From: Pelagibacteraceae bacterium BACL5 MAG-120820-bin39
GTDB taxonomy: Bacteria; Pseudomonadota; Alphaproteobacteria; Pelagibacterales; Pelagibacteraceae
DNA length: 39,080 nucleotides
Assembly (NCBI GenBank): GCA_001438335.1
Contig: LIBV01000001.1
Span: 1 to 39,080 of the forward strand
Reading direction: 5' to 3'
Position 1 is the first letter of the stretch; every line of letters starts with the position of its first letter. Shown here one piece after another: positions 1-9,395 of the stretch. A program made the position numbers and the translations under genes. The notes under the pieces are model-generated. The model was not told the DNA's origin. It saw only the letters and a program-made list of their open reading frames with translations, and ran no database searches.

Positions 1-612
1 ATTGATTTCTAGTACAGGGATTTCTAAAACATGTCCTGTTTCTGGGCATATCGGTAAAAAAGGACTATAGGTTTTTTGTCTTTCTTTACCAAGGGTTGGT
101 AAAATAATATTCATAACTCCATCGTAGTTCTCTAAAATAATTTGAAGTGTTGGATTAAAGTAACCACTTTTATAGAGCGAGGTTGAGCTTTTAAAATTAT
201 ATTTAAAATTAAAACTATCTAAAAAATTTTTTAACATCTCGTTATTATGTTCGCCAAAACTATTAAATTTATTAAAAGGATCGGGGACTTGAGTTAGTGG
301 TTTGTGTAAGTTGGCTGTTAATAAATCTTGATTAGGGACATTGTCAGGCACTTTCCTTAATCCATCCATATCATCTGAGAACGTAATTATTTCTGTTGGA
401 AGATCAGTCAATTGATTTAATGCATTTACCATCATTGAAGTTCTCGCAACTTCACCAAATGTTCCAATATGTGGTAAACCACTTGGTCCGTAGCCTGTCT
501 GTAAAGTTATTTTACCTTTTTTTTCTATAAATGACTTTCTTTCTCGAAGCATTTTTTTTGCTTCTACAAAAGGCCATGCACTTGTTTTATCTAAATTTTC
601 TTTTTTAATCAT
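1..612 (-). CDS. lysS: Class I lysyl-tRNA synthetase, N-terminal part (runs off window; absent from ORF track)
   Basis: Manual translation from ATG at 612: MIKKENLDKTSAWPFVEAKKML...LQTGYGPSGLPHIGTFGEVART...FSDDMDGLRKVPDNVP, the LysRS1 GYGPSGxPHIG (HIGH-like) and DDMDGLRKVP motifs. Confidence 0.95.
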   Translation of the reverse strand, partial: MIKKENLDKTSAWPFVEAKKMLRERKSFIEKKGKITLQTGYGPSGLPHIGTFGEVARTSMMVNALNQLTDLPTEIITFSDDMDGLRKVPDNVPNQDLLTANLHKPLTQVPDPFNKFNSFGEHNNEMLKNFLDSFNFKYNFKSSTSLYKSGYFNPTLQIILENYDGVMNIILPTLGKERQKTYSPFLPICPETGHVLEIPVLEIN

Positions 613-700
613 GAATAACTTATAAAAAATCTTAAATTAACGATTTTACTAATTCTTATAGAGTTGAAATTTATTTACCATAAAATAATGTTCTTTCAAA

Positions 701-2140
701 ATGTCTAATTATAAAACTGTTTTTTTTACACTGGGTATTTTGCAAATAATTTTGGGAGCTTCTATGTTTCTTCCAATAATCATACAGCTAATTTATTCAG
801 AAATAGATTCGTCTTTTTTTGGAGCATCAATAATCACAATTGTTTTTGGAACTTTATTTTTTTTATCTAACTTAGATCATGATAAAAAATTAAATTTGCA
901 ACAAGCTTTTTTATTAACAGCTTTATCTTGGTTAAGTATTGCAATTTTTGGGTCTTTGCCTTTTATTTTTTCTAATCTAAATTTATCATTTACAGATTCT
1001 TTTTTTGAAAGCATGTCTGGAATTACTACTACTGGCTCAACTATACTTTCTAATTTAGAGATAACGCCTAAAAGTATACTGCTCTGGCGCGCAATACTTC
1101 AATGGCTAGGGGGTATTGGTATAATTGTAATGGCTATCACACTGATGCCGATAATGAATGTAGGAGGTATGCAATTATTTAAAATATCTAGTAACGACTC
1201 TTCTGAAAAAATTCTTCCAAAATCTAAAGAGATTGCCCTTAGACTAATTTATATTTATTCATCACTTACAATCTTGTGTGCTTTTACTTATTGGATTTTT
1301 GGCATGAGTATTTTTGATAGCTTAACCCATTCCATGACAACAATAGCAACTGGGGGATTTTCTAATTATAACGAGTCCATTGGTTATTTTAATAGTATTC
1401 CAATTGAAATTGCTTCAATGCTATTTATAATCTTAGGAAGCCTACCCTTTATTGTCTACATAAAATTTATAAATGGTAATAAAAGAATTTTTACCTCAGA
1501 TATTCAAATCAGAACATTTATAAAAATAATTTTAATAGCAATCATTGTTCTATCAATTTATTTGATTTTTTATGATGGAACTAAATTTAATTTAAGATCT
1601 ATATTTTTTAATGTTATTTCAATTCTTACAGGCACTGGGTATGTAAATGCTGAATTTGATGGTTGGGGTAGTTTTGCGTTAGTATTATTTTTAGCTTTAA
1701 TGTTTATTGGTGGTTGCGCTGGATCTACAACTTGTGGAATAAAAATATTCAGGATTCAAATACTATATTTATTTATTTCCAACCAACTTAAAAAAATCAT
1801 TTATCCTAAGGGAGTATTTGTTATGAAATATGACAAGAATGTTATTGATAATAAATTTATTTCTTCAATAATTTCATTCATATATCTATATTTTGTAATA
1901 TTCTTTATTTTAGCAGCATTATTATCTTTGACTGGTCTTGATTTTGTAACAGCTATCTCAGGTGCTGCGACCTCAATTTCAAATGTAGGCCCAGGACTAG
2001 GGAACATAATTGGTCCAAATGGTAATTTTTCAACTTTGCCAGATATTTCTAAATGGATACTAACTATTGGAATGATTTTAGGTAGACTTGAGTTGTTCGC
2101 TATTTTAGTATTATTTATACCATCATTTTGGAGAAATTAA
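701..2140 (+). CDS. trkH: Trk-system potassium uptake membrane protein
   Basis: Polytopic membrane protein with four pore-loop motifs: FESMSGITTTG, IATGGFS, LTGTGY, SNVGPG; C-terminal GRLE. Confidence 0.95.
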   Translation: MSNYKTVFFTLGILQIILGASMFLPIIIQLIYSEIDSSFFGASIITIVFGTLFFLSNLDHDKKLNLQQAFLLTALSWLSIAIFGSLPFIFSNLNLSFTDSFFESMSGITTTGSTILSNLEITPKSILLWRAILQWLGGIGIIVMAITLMPIMNVGGMQLFKISSNDSSEKILPKSKEIALRLIYIYSSLTILCAFTYWIFGMSIFDSLTHSMTTIATGGFSNYNESIGYFNSIPIEIASMLFIILGSLPFIVYIKFINGNKRIFTSDIQIRTFIKIILIAIIVLSIYLIFYDGTKFNLRSIFFNVISILTGTGYVNAEFDGWGSFALVLFLALMFIGGCAGSTTCGIKIFRIQILYLFISNQLKKIIYPKGVFVMKYDKNVIDNKFISSIISFIYLYFVIFFILAALLSLTGLDFVTAISGAATSISNVGPGLGNIIGPNGNFSTLPDISKWILTIGMILGRLELFAILVLFIPSFWRN

Positions 2141-2141
2141 T

Positions 2142-3518
2142 TTGATTGAAATAAAAAAACAAACCTTATCAGAAACATTTTCAATATATTTTGACATTAG
2201 AATGTTAAAAATTTTATTGCTCGGTGCAATTTCGGGATTTCCTTGGGTGCTTATAGGAAGTAGTCTTAGCTTGTGGTTAAAAGAGGACGGATTAAGCAGA
2301 TCAACGATTGGTTGGGCAGGATTAATATTTGGTGTTTATGCGTTCAACTATTTGTGGGCACCGTTAATAGATAGAATTCAAATTCCCTTTCTTACAAAAA
2401 AAATTGGTCACCGAAGAGCTTGGATTGTTTTAATGCAATCATTAATTTTAATTTGTCTTGTTTTATGGAGTATTCTTAATCCAACCCAAAATTTAGCACT
2501 AGTAATTACTATTGGGTTATTTATTGCAATTGCTTCAGCTACTCAAGATATAACCGTTGATGCTTTAAGAATAGAACAAATTGGTGAACACGAGGGAAAA
2601 TCTATGGCTGCAGGTGCCGCGATGGCAGTTGTTGGTTGGTGGAGTGGTTATAAATTAGGTGGTGTTATTTCATTATTTTCTGCAGAATATCTACAAAATT
2701 TAGGCTTAGAAAATTATTGGCAACTTACTTTTTTAATACTTGGTGTTTTAGTAATATTGATGAATATTGGATTGATGTTTATTTCTGAAGGAGGTTCAGA
2801 AGATAGAAAAAAGAAACAAAAAGAAGACGATAAACTAATTTCAAATAAATTTAATTCAAAAAATATATTTACAGATTTACTCACATGGATTGGTGGTACC
2901 ATAGGTGGTCCTGTCGTTAGTTTTTTTAAAAAGAATGGCTTTAAAATTGCATTAGGAATTTTAGGATTTGTTTTTCTTTTTAAGGTTGGCGAAGCCTTTT
3001 TGGGTAGAATGTCCATAATTTTTTATAAAGAAATTGGTTTTAGCAAGAGCGATATAGCTATTTATTCGAAAACTCTCGGATGGGTTACAACTGTGATATT
3101 TACATTACTTGGTGGGTTATTTGTAATTAGATCCGGTGTTCTAAAAGCGATGTTTCTAGCTGGAATTCTAATGGCTAGTACAAATTTATTATTCACTTTA
3201 TTAGCATGGAGTGACAAATCAGAGTTACTTTTTGCAATAGCAGTCATATTTGATGATATAGCCGCAGCATTTGCAACAGTTGCTTTTGTTGCTTTTATTT
3301 CTTTATTGGTCGATCGAGCTTATACAGCAACGCAATATGCGTTATTAGCATCCATTGGAACCGCAGGAAGAACCACGCTAGCTTCTTCATCAGGAGCATT
3401 GGTAGATTGGCTAAATGGAGATTGGGGTGTATTTTTTATATTAACAGCCATTATGGTTATTCCATCTTTAATCATTCTATGGTTCATGAGAAACAAATTA
3501 AAATTAAGTGAAAAATAA
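2142..3518 (+). CDS. ampG: AmpG-family MFS permease (muropeptide transporter-like)
   Basis: LLGAISGFP, LWAPLIDR, SATQDITVDALRIE and TATQYALLAS are AmpG-family motifs; about 12 TM segments. TTG start uncertain. Confidence 0.85.
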   Translation: MIEIKKQTLSETFSIYFDIRMLKILLLGAISGFPWVLIGSSLSLWLKEDGLSRSTIGWAGLIFGVYAFNYLWAPLIDRIQIPFLTKKIGHRRAWIVLMQSLILICLVLWSILNPTQNLALVITIGLFIAIASATQDITVDALRIEQIGEHEGKSMAAGAAMAVVGWWSGYKLGGVISLFSAEYLQNLGLENYWQLTFLILGVLVILMNIGLMFISEGGSEDRKKKQKEDDKLISNKFNSKNIFTDLLTWIGGTIGGPVVSFFKKNGFKIALGILGFVFLFKVGEAFLGRMSIIFYKEIGFSKSDIAIYSKTLGWVTTVIFTLLGGLFVIRSGVLKAMFLAGILMASTNLLFTLLAWSDKSELLFAIAVIFDDIAAAFATVAFVAFISLLVDRAYTATQYALLASIGTAGRTTLASSSGALVDWLNGDWGVFFILTAIMVIPSLIILWFMRNKLKLSEK

Positions 3519-4263
3519 GTTTTATTTCAATAAAAGTATAGAAAATATATATAAAAAACCATCATCAAATTCTGAAGTCAATTCACAAATTTTATATGGT
3601 GAAAAATTTATCATTCAAAAAAAAATTAAAAATTGGGTCAAGATAAAAACATTATATGACAACTATTATGGATTTATTAAAATTGATAAATTTAGAAATA
3701 AACTAAATTCTACTCATAAAATATTCAAAATTCGATCTTATATATATAGAAAAGTTAAAAATAAATTTATTAAAACTCCAGATTGTTTATTTTTTAGTAG
3801 CAATATTTCAATTTTAAGTGAAGAAAAAAATTATTTTGAATTTGAAAAAAATAAATGGATTAAAAAAAAAGATACAAAAATAATCAATTTTATAAATAAA
3901 AACTTTGTAAAAATTTTTAAACAATTTTTAAATACTAAATATTTTTGGGGTGGAAAATCTTGTCATGGAATTGATTGTTCTGCTCTTTTACAAATATACT
4001 TTAAATTCAATAATAAATTTTTTCCAAGGGACACAAAAGACCAAGTTAAATATTGCAAAAGAATAAATAAAAAAGAATTTAAAAAAGGTAATATCATTTA
4101 CTGGAAGGGGCATGTTGGAATTTGTATTGATAATAAAAATTTTATCCATGCTTATGGACCAAGAAAAAAAGTTCTAATTATGCCTACTATTAAAACTATC
4201 AATTTAATTGAAAAAACAGCAAAATTAAAAATTAGAAAAATTAGCAATATCTCTCAATACTAA
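3508..4263 (+). CDS. NlpC/P60 (C40) cysteine peptidase with N-terminal SH3b-like region
   Basis: YFWGG..GIDCS (catalytic Cys), GHVG (His), IHA; N-terminal SQILYGE..WVKI..DNYYGFI; no signal peptide. GTG start. Confidence 0.85.
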   Translation: MKNKFYFNKSIENIYKKPSSNSEVNSQILYGEKFIIQKKIKNWVKIKTLYDNYYGFIKIDKFRNKLNSTHKIFKIRSYIYRKVKNKFIKTPDCLFFSSNISILSEEKNYFEFEKNKWIKKKDTKIINFINKNFVKIFKQFLNTKYFWGGKSCHGIDCSALLQIYFKFNNKFFPRDTKDQVKYCKRINKKEFKKGNIIYWKGHVGICIDNKNFIHAYGPRKKVLIMPTIKTINLIEKTAKLKIRKISNISQY

Positions 4264-5156
4264 CTTCTACCAAAGTCAGGTTTATTAATATCCTGTTTCA
4301 GTTTAATTATTTTTTTTCTAACACCTTTAGTTTGTATTAACTTTTCTAATATAGATTTATTATTTTTTGTCTGAATATCTTTTTTGAATGAATTTAAATT
4401 TTTAATAAATAGCTCTATTGCTTTAATAATATTATTATTATTATTAAAAAAAATATCACGCCACATAATTTCATTAGATGCAGCGATTCTAGAAAAATCT
4501 CTTAAACCTCCAGCACTAAATTTAATTAAACTATATTTTTGTTTCTTTTCAAAATCTTGGGCAGATTTAACAAGATTATAAGCGATTAGATGAGGCAAAT
4601 GACTAGTAATAGAAAATATCTTGTCGTGCTTGTCAGCTGTCATAATTGCAACTTTAGAGCCAAGTTTTTTCCAAAAATTATTTAATAATTTTAAATGCTC
4701 TTTTTTTGAATTTTTATCTTTAATCAAAATTGACCATCTATTAACAAATAAATCTGCTTTTCCATGCTCAGGGCCACTTACTTCAGAGCCAGCTATTGGA
4801 TGACTTGAAAGCCAAATAGCATCTTTTTTTAAATATTTCTTAATAATTTTAAAGGACTCTACTTTAGATGATCCAACATCAGTGATTAAATTTTTGCTAG
4901 TTAAGTGTGGATTTATTTTTAAAACTATATTTTTGTATTCACTCATAGGAGTACATAAAATAATTAGATTTGAATTTGTAACTGCATGTTGAAAATCATT
5001 AACCAATATACATGGTATCTTAAGTTTTTTAATTTTATTTAAATTGGATTTAGATTTTTCATAAATAAAAACTTTTTTTGATATATTTTTTTTTATTATA
5101 GCTCTTAATAAAGATGAACCTAATAAACCACATCCTATTATAAAAATATTTTTCAT
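4260..5156 (-). CDS. tyrC: Prephenate/arogenate (cyclohexadienyl) dehydrogenase, TyrA family
   Basis: GCGLLG Rossmann motif, TDVGSSK, HPIAGSE, HD..SHLPH, LRDFSRIA..MWRDI. Confidence 0.92.
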   Translation of the reverse strand: MKNIFIIGCGLLGSSLLRAIIKKNISKKVFIYEKSKSNLNKIKKLKIPCILVNDFQHAVTNSNLIILCTPMSEYKNIVLKINPHLTSKNLITDVGSSKVESFKIIKKYLKKDAIWLSSHPIAGSEVSGPEHGKADLFVNRWSILIKDKNSKKEHLKLLNNFWKKLGSKVAIMTADKHDKIFSITSHLPHLIAYNLVKSAQDFEKKQKYSLIKFSAGGLRDFSRIAASNEIMWRDIFFNNNNNIIKAIELFIKNLNSFKKDIQTKNNKSILEKLIQTKGVRKKIIKLKQDINKPDFGRS

Positions 5157-5159
5157 TAT

Positions 5160-6299
5160 TTATTTAAATATATTTTTTATAGCTTTTAATAACCTTAAAT
5201 TTTCTGTTTGAGAACCTATAGTTAACCTTAAATGATTTTTAATCTTATATCCTTCTTCGGTAGATCTGACTAATATCCCTTTTCGTTTTAATTTTTCATA
5301 AAAAAGTTTTGATGAGTATTTACATTTATCAAAATTAAGTAATAAAAAATTTGTAGTAATCTCATTTGTAAATATATTATATTCTTCTAAAAATTTTTTA
5401 ATCTTTCTGCCATTAATTTCATTTGTAAAAATATTATATTCTTCTAAAAATTTTTTAATCTTTCTGCCATTAATCAAATTAAATTTTATTGATTGTCTTA
5501 TAAATTTTTTATCCTTCAGAGATTCTGTAGCAGCAATTTGTGCAACTTGATTTACATTAAATGGGGGCTTAATTGAATTTAATGCATTAATTATTTTTGA
5601 TGATCCATAGCCCCATCCTATTCTAAGTGATGCCAATCCATAGATTTTAGAAAAGGTTCTGATTATAAAAACATTATCATTATTTTTAAATAAATTTAAT
5701 CCTGAAATATAATCTGGTGTTGTCACATACTCCTGATAAGCATCATCAAGTACTAATAAAATATTTTGATCAAGTTGTTTTCTTAAGCTAATAAGTTCTG
5801 ATTTTGTTAAATAAGTACCAGTTGGATTATTCGGGTTTGCAATAAATACAATTTTTGTTTTTTTAGTTACTTTTTTTAATATTTCTAAAATTGAAACTCT
5901 AAATTTATCTTCTTTTGCAAAAACAACTTTTGCTCCAACTATCTCAGCATAAATTCTATACATCAAAAAACTAAATTCTGGGACAATTACCTCATCATTA
6001 TTACTCAGATATAAGCTACAAATCATTTGTATTACTTCATCTGAGCCGGCCCCACATATAATTTTATTAAAATTACAATTATAAGTTTTTGCTATTTGTT
6101 TTCTTAGAGCAATAGACTTGCTGTCTGGGTATCTAGATAACTCTAAATTTTTACTGGATAAAATTTTTTTAACTCTGCTACTAGTTCCTAAAGCAGACTC
6201 ATTTGCCGATAATTTTAAAACATTTTTAATCTTTTTAATCTCAGACTTACCTGGCTTATAGGGTTCAATATTAAACTGTTTAAATTTTGGTATAGGCAT
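5160..6299 (-). CDS. hisC: Histidinol-phosphate aminotransferase (contains a 19-aa internal tandem duplication)
   Basis: KLSANE, YPD, GSDE, NPNNPTG, DDAY, RTFSKIYGLASLRIGW (PLP lysine); next to tyrC as usual in alphaproteobacteria. Confidence 0.95.
   Translation of the reverse strand: MPIPKFKQFNIEPYKPGKSEIKKIKNVLKLSANESALGTSSRVKKILSSKNLELSRYPDSKSIALRKQIAKTYNCNFNKIICGAGSDEVIQMICSLYLSNNDEVIVPEFSFLMYRIYAEIVGAKVVFAKEDKFRVSILEILKKVTKKTKIVFIANPNNPTGTYLTKSELISLRKQLDQNILLVLDDAYQEYVTTPDYISGLNLFKNNDNVFIIRTFSKIYGLASLRIGWGYGSSKIINALNSIKPPFNVNQVAQIAATESLKDKKFIRQSIKFNLINGRKIKKFLEEYNIFTNEINGRKIKKFLEEYNIFTNEITTNFLLLNFDKCKYSSKLFYEKLKRKGILVRSTEEGYKIKNHLRLTIGSQTENLRLLKAIKNIFK
5357..5470. repeat. 57-bp tandem duplication inside hisC (5357-5413 and 5414-5470)
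   Basis: Copies match at 55/57 nt (mismatches 5361/5418 and 5373/5430); each encodes NGRKIKKFLEEYNIFTNEI. Confidence 0.97.
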
Positions 6300-6370
6300 T
6301 TTTTTGTTTTTGTTCTTTATAAATAAATTATTATTTATTTATACTGAATATGTATATTCTTTAAAAAAAA

Positions 6371-6399
6371 TTGACATACTAAATAACTTCTAGTACAAA
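6371..6399 (+). promoter_or_regulatory. Sigma70 promoter for the riboswitch-metX transcript
   Basis: TTGACA (6371-6376), 17-nt spacer, TACAAA (6394-6399); predicted start about 6405-6406, right at riboswitch P1. Confidence 0.75.
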
Positions 6400-6403
6400 A
6401 TTT

Positions 6404-6454
6404 GTGCGCTGATTTATCTGAATTGCGAGCGCTTTAAAAAAACCGCTAAATAAG
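6404..6454 (+). ncRNA. SAM-II (SAM-alpha) riboswitch aptamer
   Basis: GTGCGCTGATTTATCTGAATTGCGAGCGCTTTAAAAAAACCGCTAAATAAG. P1 GCGCT(6406-10)/AGCGC(6428-32), conserved GATTT loop, pseudoknot TTGCG(6423-27)/CGCTAA(6444-49); directly upstream of metX. Confidence 0.92.
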
Positions 6455-6490
6455 TTTTTTTTCTCACAATTCAACTCTCAGCTTTAGCTT

Positions 6491-7600
6491 ATGAACATTA
6501 AAAAAGACATAAAAAATTTGTTAGTAGAAAAACCACTAAAATTAGATTGTGGTAAAACAATCAGTAATTTTCCATTAGCATATGAAACCTATGGATCACT
6601 TAATCAAAAAAAAGATAATGCTATTTTAATATTTCATGCATTAACTGGGGATCAATTCGTTACAGGAATTAATCCAATTACTAATAAAGATGGTTGGTGG
6701 AGTTATGCTGTAGGCCCAGGAAAAGCTATTGATACAGATAAATTTTTTATTATTTGTGTAAATGTAATTGGCGGCTGTATGGGTTCTTTTGGACCAAGCG
6801 ATTTAGATCAAGAAACTCAAAAAATTTATGGAATTAATTTTCCTGTAATAACTATTAATGACATGGTGAATGCTCAAATTAATTTAATAGATTATTTTGG
6901 CATAGAAAAACTTTTTTCAGTTATTGGAGGATCAATGGGTGGAATGCAAGTTTTACAGTTTGTAAGTAATTTTCCCAATAGAGCAAAAACTGCTATTCCG
7001 ATTGCTTGTACATCCAGTCATTCAGCTCAAAATATAGCATTAAACGAATTGGGAAGACAAGCAATAGCTTCTGACTCAAATTGGTGTGATGGAGATTATA
7101 TTGCTAAAAATTCAAATCCCAATAAAGGTTTAGCAGTAGCTAGAATGGCAGCACATATTACTTATCTTTCAAAAAAAGGACTTCAAGAAAAATTTGGAAG
7201 AAAACTGCAAGAAAGGGATGATTTAAAATTTGGTTTTGATGCAGATTTTCAAATTGAAAGTTATTTAAGATATCAAGGCTCAGTTTTTGTAGATAGATTT
7301 GATGCCAATAGCTATTTGTATATTACAAGAGCAATGGATTACTTTGATCTATCTAGAAAATTTGAAGGAAATTTATCAAAAGCATTTAAAGATACTAAAA
7401 CAAAATTTTTTATAATTTCGTTTACATCAGATTGGCTCTACCCTACTCAAGAAAATAAAGAGATTGTAATTGCCTTAAATGCAATTGGTGCGGATGTCGG
7501 CTTTGTAGAAATAGAGTCTGATAAAGGTCATGACTCATTTTTATTGGATGTGCCTGAGTTTTTAAAAGCTTTAAAAAATTTTTTAGAAAAATCATATTAA
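6491..7600 (+). CDS. metX: Homoserine O-acetyltransferase
   Basis: [24 protein letters not shown] nucleophile elbow, RFDANSY, SDWLYP, GHDSFLL. Confidence 0.96.
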   Translation: MNIKKDIKNLLVEKPLKLDCGKTISNFPLAYETYGSLNQKKDNAILIFHALTGDQFVTGINPITNKDGWWSYAVGPGKAIDTDKFFIICVNVIGGCMGSFGPSDLDQETQKIYGINFPVITINDMVNAQINLIDYFGIEKLFSVIGGSMGGMQVLQFVSNFPNRAKTAIPIACTSSHSAQNIALNELGRQAIASDSNWCDGDYIAKNSNPNKGLAVARMAAHITYLSKKGLQEKFGRKLQERDDLKFGFDADFQIESYLRYQGSVFVDRFDANSYLYITRAMDYFDLSRKFEGNLSKAFKDTKTKFFIISFTSDWLYPTQENKEIVIALNAIGADVGFVEIESDKGHDSFLLDVPEFLKALKNFLEKSY

Positions 7601-7602
7601 TT

Positions 7603-8199
7603 ATGAAACACGAATTTAGAATAATTGCTGATTTAATAGAAGCCAACAGCAGAGTAATTGATGTAGGCTGTGGTGACGGTGTATTAATGGATTTTTTAAA
7701 ACAAAATAAAAATATAGATGTTAGAGGTTTAGAAATTTCAAAAGATAAAGTTCAAAAATGTATCTCAAAAGGGTTAACTGTTATTGAAGGGAATGCAGAA
7801 AGTGATTTAAAACAATTTCCTAATCACTCATTTGATTATGCTGTTTTAAGTCAAACTTTACAGGCTTTTCTTAATCCTGAAATTGTAATTAATGAACTTT
7901 TAAGGGTTGGAAAAAAAGCAATAGTAACTATTCCAAATTTTGGATATTGGAAAGTAAGATTGCATTTACTTATTAAAGGAACAATGCCTGTAACCGAAAC
8001 ACTTCCAGATCAATGGTATAATACTGCAAATTTACATATGTGTACTATCAAAGATTTTTTTAATTTTGCCACAGAAAAGAATTTTAAAATAAAGAGCTCT
8101 TTAGCATTAAGTAAAGAAGAGGTATCAGAAATCAAAAATTCAAATTTAAGTTTTAAAAATTTTTTTGCAGATTTAGGAATTTTTATAATTGAAAAATAA
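7603..8199 (+). CDS. metW: Methionine biosynthesis protein MetW (SAM-binding fold)
   Basis: DVGCGDG, LSQTLQ, PNFGYW, WYNTANLHMCT; immediately after metX. Confidence 0.93.
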   Translation: MKHEFRIIADLIEANSRVIDVGCGDGVLMDFLKQNKNIDVRGLEISKDKVQKCISKGLTVIEGNAESDLKQFPNHSFDYAVLSQTLQAFLNPEIVINELLRVGKKAIVTIPNFGYWKVRLHLLIKGTMPVTETLPDQWYNTANLHMCTIKDFFNFATEKNFKIKSSLALSKEEVSEIKNSNLSFKNFFADLGIFIIEK

Positions 8200-8200
8200 A

Positions 8201-8920
8201 ATGAAAGTTGAAATTATTTCATGTCTACAAGATAATTATAGTTATTTAATTATTGATGAAAATGAAAATGTAGCTTGCGTTGTTGATCCAAGTGAAGCTC
8301 ACCCTATTTCAAATTTTATTGATAAAAAAAAAATTAAACTAAAATATATTTTAAATACGCATCATCACTATGATCATATCGGAGGTAATCAAGAATTAAA
8401 AAAAAGATATAACTGTGAAATTGTTGGATTTAAAGGTGACAAACACAGAATACCTGGAATTGATATTATGGTTGATGACAACCAACTTTGGGAAGCAAAT
8501 AACTTTAAATCAAAAATAATTCATATACCCGGTCATACAAGTGGGCATATATGTTTTTACTTTTTCAACGAAAAAATTATTTTTACAGGTGATACTCTAT
8601 TCTCACTTGGCTGTGGAAGAATTTTTGAAGGCACTTATAATCAGATGTTCAATTCTCTTAATAAATTTAAAAAATTTCCTGAAGAAACAAAAATTTATTG
8701 TGGACATGAATATACTCTAAAAAATTCAGAATTTTGTTTGAAATATGATCCTAACAATTTGAAACTTAAAAATAAAATTAAAGAAATAAAATCTAAATTA
8801 TCAAATAACCTGCCGACACTTCCTTCCACTATAAAAGATGAGTTGGAATGCAATGTATTTTTAAAAGTAAAAGACTTAGAAAACTTCTCAAAATTAAGAG
8901 ATTTAAAGGATAATTTCTAA
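8201..8920 (+). CDS. gloB: Hydroxyacylglutathione hydrolase (glyoxalase II)
   Basis: DNYSY, THHHYDH, PGHT.GH, FTGDTLF..GCGR, CGHEYT. ATG at 8201 preferred over upstream TTG at 8189. Confidence 0.93.
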   Translation: MKVEIISCLQDNYSYLIIDENENVACVVDPSEAHPISNFIDKKKIKLKYILNTHHHYDHIGGNQELKKRYNCEIVGFKGDKHRIPGIDIMVDDNQLWEANNFKSKIIHIPGHTSGHICFYFFNEKIIFTGDTLFSLGCGRIFEGTYNQMFNSLNKFKKFPEETKIYCGHEYTLKNSEFCLKYDPNNLKLKNKIKEIKSKLSNNLPTLPSTIKDELECNVFLKVKDLENFSKLRDLKDNF

Positions 8921-8930
8921 CTTATTCGGC

Positions 8931-8958
8931 TTGACTAAAGCCTTACTCGGACTATATT
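8931..8958 (+). promoter_or_regulatory. Putative sigma70 promoter of rplU-rpmA-obgE
   Basis: TTGACT (8931-8936), 16 nt, TATATT (8953-8958) in the 65-bp gap before rplU. Confidence 0.65.
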
Positions 8959-8985
8959 GCTGTTACAAAATTTAAGAATAACATT

Positions 8986-9384
8986 ATGTCATACGCAGTA
9001 ATACAAACAGGTGGAAAACAATACAAAGTGAAATCTGGGGAAATCCTTAAGATTGAAAAGCTAGTAGATTCAAAGCCTGATACAAAAATAGAATTTAAGG
9101 AAATCTTGGCTTATGGAGATGATAAAACTATAGAGATTGGTGCTCCAACTGTAGAGGGAGCTAAGGTTGAGGCAGATTTAATTAAAAATAGTAAAAATAG
9201 AACTATTTTAATTTTCAAAAAAAGAAGAAGACAAAATTCAAGAAGAAAAAATGGTCATAGACAACAATACTCTTTAATTAGAATTAACAAAATTTTTGCA
9301 AAAGATGGAAAACTACTATCAGAAGCAGAAAAGATTTCTACGCCTTCTAAAATTGAAGAAACAACAGAAGTAGTTAAAAAATAA
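8986..9384 (+). CDS. rplU: 50S ribosomal protein L21
   Basis: YAVIQTGGKQYKV, KRRRQNSRRKNGHRQ; about 28-aa C-terminal extension. Confidence 0.97.
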   Translation: MSYAVIQTGGKQYKVKSGEILKIEKLVDSKPDTKIEFKEILAYGDDKTIEIGAPTVEGAKVEADLIKNSKNRTILIFKKRRRQNSRRKNGHRQQYSLIRINKIFAKDGKLLSEAEKISTPSKIEETTEVVKK

Positions 9385-9395
9385 TTAGGTAATTT

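Noticed and set aside
1-612. Archaeal-type class I LysRS as evidence of horizontal transfer
   Set aside because: LysRS1 is common and long established in alphaproteobacteria.
3862-3870. A9 homopolymer in the NlpC/P60 gene (and similar A/T runs elsewhere, e.g. in gloB) as phase-variation sites
   Set aside because: Such runs are expected from Lys and Phe codons at this AT content, and the reading frames are intact.
5357-5470. Tandem repeat as a CRISPR remnant or mobile-element footprint
   Set aside because: Two adjacent coding copies with no spacer, and no cas or transposase genes in the window.
6455-6490. A second (SAM-V) aptamer in tandem after SAM-II
   Set aside because: Only 36 nt are available and I could not find the paired elements of a second pseudoknot.
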